Shown piece after piece: positions 61,290-64,000 of a stretch of DNA of 64,000 nt. The DNA is from Eledone cirrhosa (taxonomy: Eukaryota). Under the pieces are notes generated by a model that was not told the DNA's origin, ran no database searches, and saw only the letters and a program-made list of their open reading frames with translations. Numbering within the stretch: the first letter of the stretch is position 1; every line of letters starts with the position of its first letter. The stretch is from the NCBI GenBank assembly GCA_964016885.1, contig OZ024740.1:80290001-80354000 (forward strand). The letters are read 5' to 3'. The position numbers and the translations under genes are program-made.

Positions 61290-64000
61290 TATTATTATCA
61301 TTTTTATTTTCTTTCATTATTGTTTCTTAGATATATGCCGAGTGTCTTCCTGACACCTAGGGCAAATAAATTCACAGTGTGCATTGGTAACCCAGTTAAT
61401 ACAACACATTGATTATAATAAAAAAAAAACAAAAAAAAACAGTATACATATATACACATGTGCATATGCATATGTAAAGACAAGGAGGGATATCAATCTT
61501 ACAGAGATAGTGCTCTTCTCAACACGTGTGCAATACCAGTCAAAACAATATTTTGCACCTCGTGCAGAGAGGTAAACCAGGAATCATTCACAAATATTGT
61601 TCTGTTCCTTTCTTGATCATTCCCAGTTCTCCCACAATCACTGGTATTGTAACGGCCTTGAGGTGGCACATTTTCTCAATTTCAATAAGCATATCTTTAT
61701 GTTTTCGTAGCTTGTCAAATTCTTTTGCGGCGATATTGTGATCACATGGGATGCTCATATCTATCAAAAAACAAACCTTGTTATGCTGATCTTTTACAAT
61801 GATATCAGGTTTATTTACTTTTATGGTCCTGTCAGTATGTACATGAAAGTCCCAGAGAATTGTTACTTTTTCTCCTTTAGTCACAGCTTCAGGGTGATGA
61901 TTGTACCACTTGTCTTCAGCTTTGATTTTGTAATGTTTGCTACGTTGCAACAGTTTCTTAATCTTTCTAGCCTGGGTATCAAGCATGAGAGCAGTAGCAT
62001 ATTTTTTGCTCTCCAAGATAGAATGAAGCTTCTTACTTCTCTCATGCTTTTCAACAAGTTTCAGCATACAGTCGTTAGTTGTTTCAAGGTATTTGGCCAG
62101 TCCAATGATGGTGGTCTTGTAAGCAAGTTCAAATTGGATCAGGCCACGACCTCCTTGAGTTCTAGGAAGGTAAAGACGATCCACATCTGCTTTTGGGTGG
62201 TGCATCCTACTACAGGTCAGTAGCTTACGGACTTTGGTGTCGATTCTTTTGATTTCACTCATATTCCAGTTCAACACACCGAAGCTATAAGTGACAACTG
62301 GGACTGCCAAGGTTTTTATGGCTAGCACCTTGTTACGAGCGTTTAGTTCTGATCTCAGAACTGCACGTATTATCCTGTAACATTCTTTCCTTCTCCACTC
62401 TTTCATACTTGCATGCTGTATGCCAGATCCCTCATTAATCCCCAAGTATTCATAGGTTTGTTCCTGCTCAAGTTCCTTTATGATTGTTTCAGCATCCAAT
62501 TCAACTGAGTCTGAGTTGACAAGCTTTCCCCGCTTGAAAGTGGCTTTTGCACACTTGTCAAATCCAAACTCCATCCTGATGTCATCGCTAAACGTTTTTA
62601 CTGTCCGCAAAAGGCCTTCCAGTTCGTCATTATCTTTGCAATATAGCTTCAAATCATCCATATAAAATAGGTGGCTTATTTGTTTGTTGTCAATTCTATA
62701 ACCGTACCCCGTTCTATTAAGTTCGGATGTAAGGGGTATTAAAGCTATGCAGAAAAGCAAGGGTGAAAGTGAGTCACCCTGGAATATACCACAGTTGATG
62801 TTTATATTCCTAGAGCACAGTACCCCAGTGGAATGAGACAATTGGAGATTTGTGTTCCATAATGACATATTGTGTTTCAGGAAGTTTGAGATCACAGGTG
62901 AGATTTTGAAGATGTCCATTGATTTCAGAATCCATGAGTGTGGTATGCTGTCAAAGGCTTTTTTATAATAGATCTATGCACAATTGAGATTTTTGTGTTT
63001 ATTATGACAGTTCTCAAGGATCATACGATTAATCAAAAGTTGATCTTTGCAACCATATGAACCTCGTCGGCACCCTTTTTGTTCAATGGGAAAAGATTGT
63101 TCTCCTCCAAAAACACGTATGCTTTTTCCATGAGAATAGAGGTTAATAGTTTATAAGTGGTGGACAAGCAGGTTAAGGACCGATAGTTTTTTTTATCTTT
63201 GGTTTCGTTGTTCTTTGGTAGAAGGTAGGTAATGCCACTTGCTATCCAATCAGGTGTATTGTTTTGATTTTTCATAATTACATTAAACAGCTTGACCAAT
63301 ATATTGTGCATGGGAGTGAGGAAAGCCAGAAATTTGGCACTCTGTCTCTACCAGGAGATTTCCATTTATGAGATTTATTGAGTGCTGTCCTTAAGTCGAC
63401 TATAGAGATGTCTTCCCACGCCTGTTCTTCTAAATTTGTGTAGGATTTTTCTAGGCGACTAATCCAATCTACATTAGCATTATATGTCTTCCAGTATCGG
63501 TAGAGGGTCGGACGCCATGCTTTGACACATAGAGTTACGGCCCTTGCCCTTCTGAGTTCAAATCACGCCGAGGTTAACTTTGCCTTTCATCCTTACGGGG
63601 TCGATAAAATAAAGTACCAGTAATGCACTGGGTAATTGCTGGCCTTGTGCCAAAAAGTAGAAACAATTATAAGTCTTCTCATCACTCCATATCTTACTCC
63701 AGAAGTTTTCAACTTCTTCAATAATTATTTTTTTCTTCCCTACTTCTCTAAAAAATGACATGGCATTGGATGAGAACAACTTATTTTGCCTATAGAAGTT
63801 GTTTCGCTTCTCGAATCTACGAATTCGTTGGGCTTTTACTTGGACTATTTGTTTCAGATATTCTTTTGTTGAAACTATTGCTTCTCTAGAAGACAGTCCA
63901 TATTTTCTCTTTAGCTTTCTTACCTTCTTGGATCTTATATCATTTCCAGCGGTTAACTCACTCAATAAAGATATTTCTCCTCTCATTACGTCAAACTCCT
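61290..64000 (-). mobile_element. R4/Dong-type non-LTR retrotransposon (RT + restriction-like endonuclease), decayed, runs off the window
   Basis: GITYLLPK, IDYKKAFDSIPH, GIFQGDSLSPLLF, SHLFYMDDLKLY, RLYLPRTQGGRGL, ILWD..TDR..NKPDII..LIDMSIP; (TAA)n-like 3' tail. Confidence 0.9.
63492..63665 (+). mobile_element. tRNA-derived SINE inserted into the R4/Dong ORF
   Basis: Same SINE family; TSD ATTATATGTCTTC (63479-63491) / ATTATAAGTCTTC (63666-63678). Confidence 0.88.

Overview
AT-rich, microsatellite-dense eukaryotic DNA. The SINE family and the (TA)n/(CA)n/(ATT)n content look like an octopus (cephalopod) genome, which is an inference. No host gene can be supported; the window is a retroelement graveyard. 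It holds at least five Penelope-like element (PLE) pieces, one with an uninterrupted 690-aa RT + GIY-YIG frame, plus a full-length decayed Helitron with a piggyBac 5' fragment inside. It also holds RTE-, Tx1/L1- and R4/Dong-type LINE remnants and many tRNA-SINEs. The main signal is a dense population of type I hammerhead ribozyme (HHR) motifs, about 30 read by eye on both strands. They lie in PLE pseudo-LTRs, in fold-back insertions within (TA)n tracts, and in two near-identical tandem arrays of self-complementary non-coding monomers (310 bp and 467 bp) that look like retrozymes, i.e. circular-RNA retroelements. Several unrelated HHRs share non-canonical cores (compensatory U3-A8, U4C, U4A, unpaired 10.1/11.1). 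Ribozyme activity, expression and novelty cannot be shown from sequence alone.
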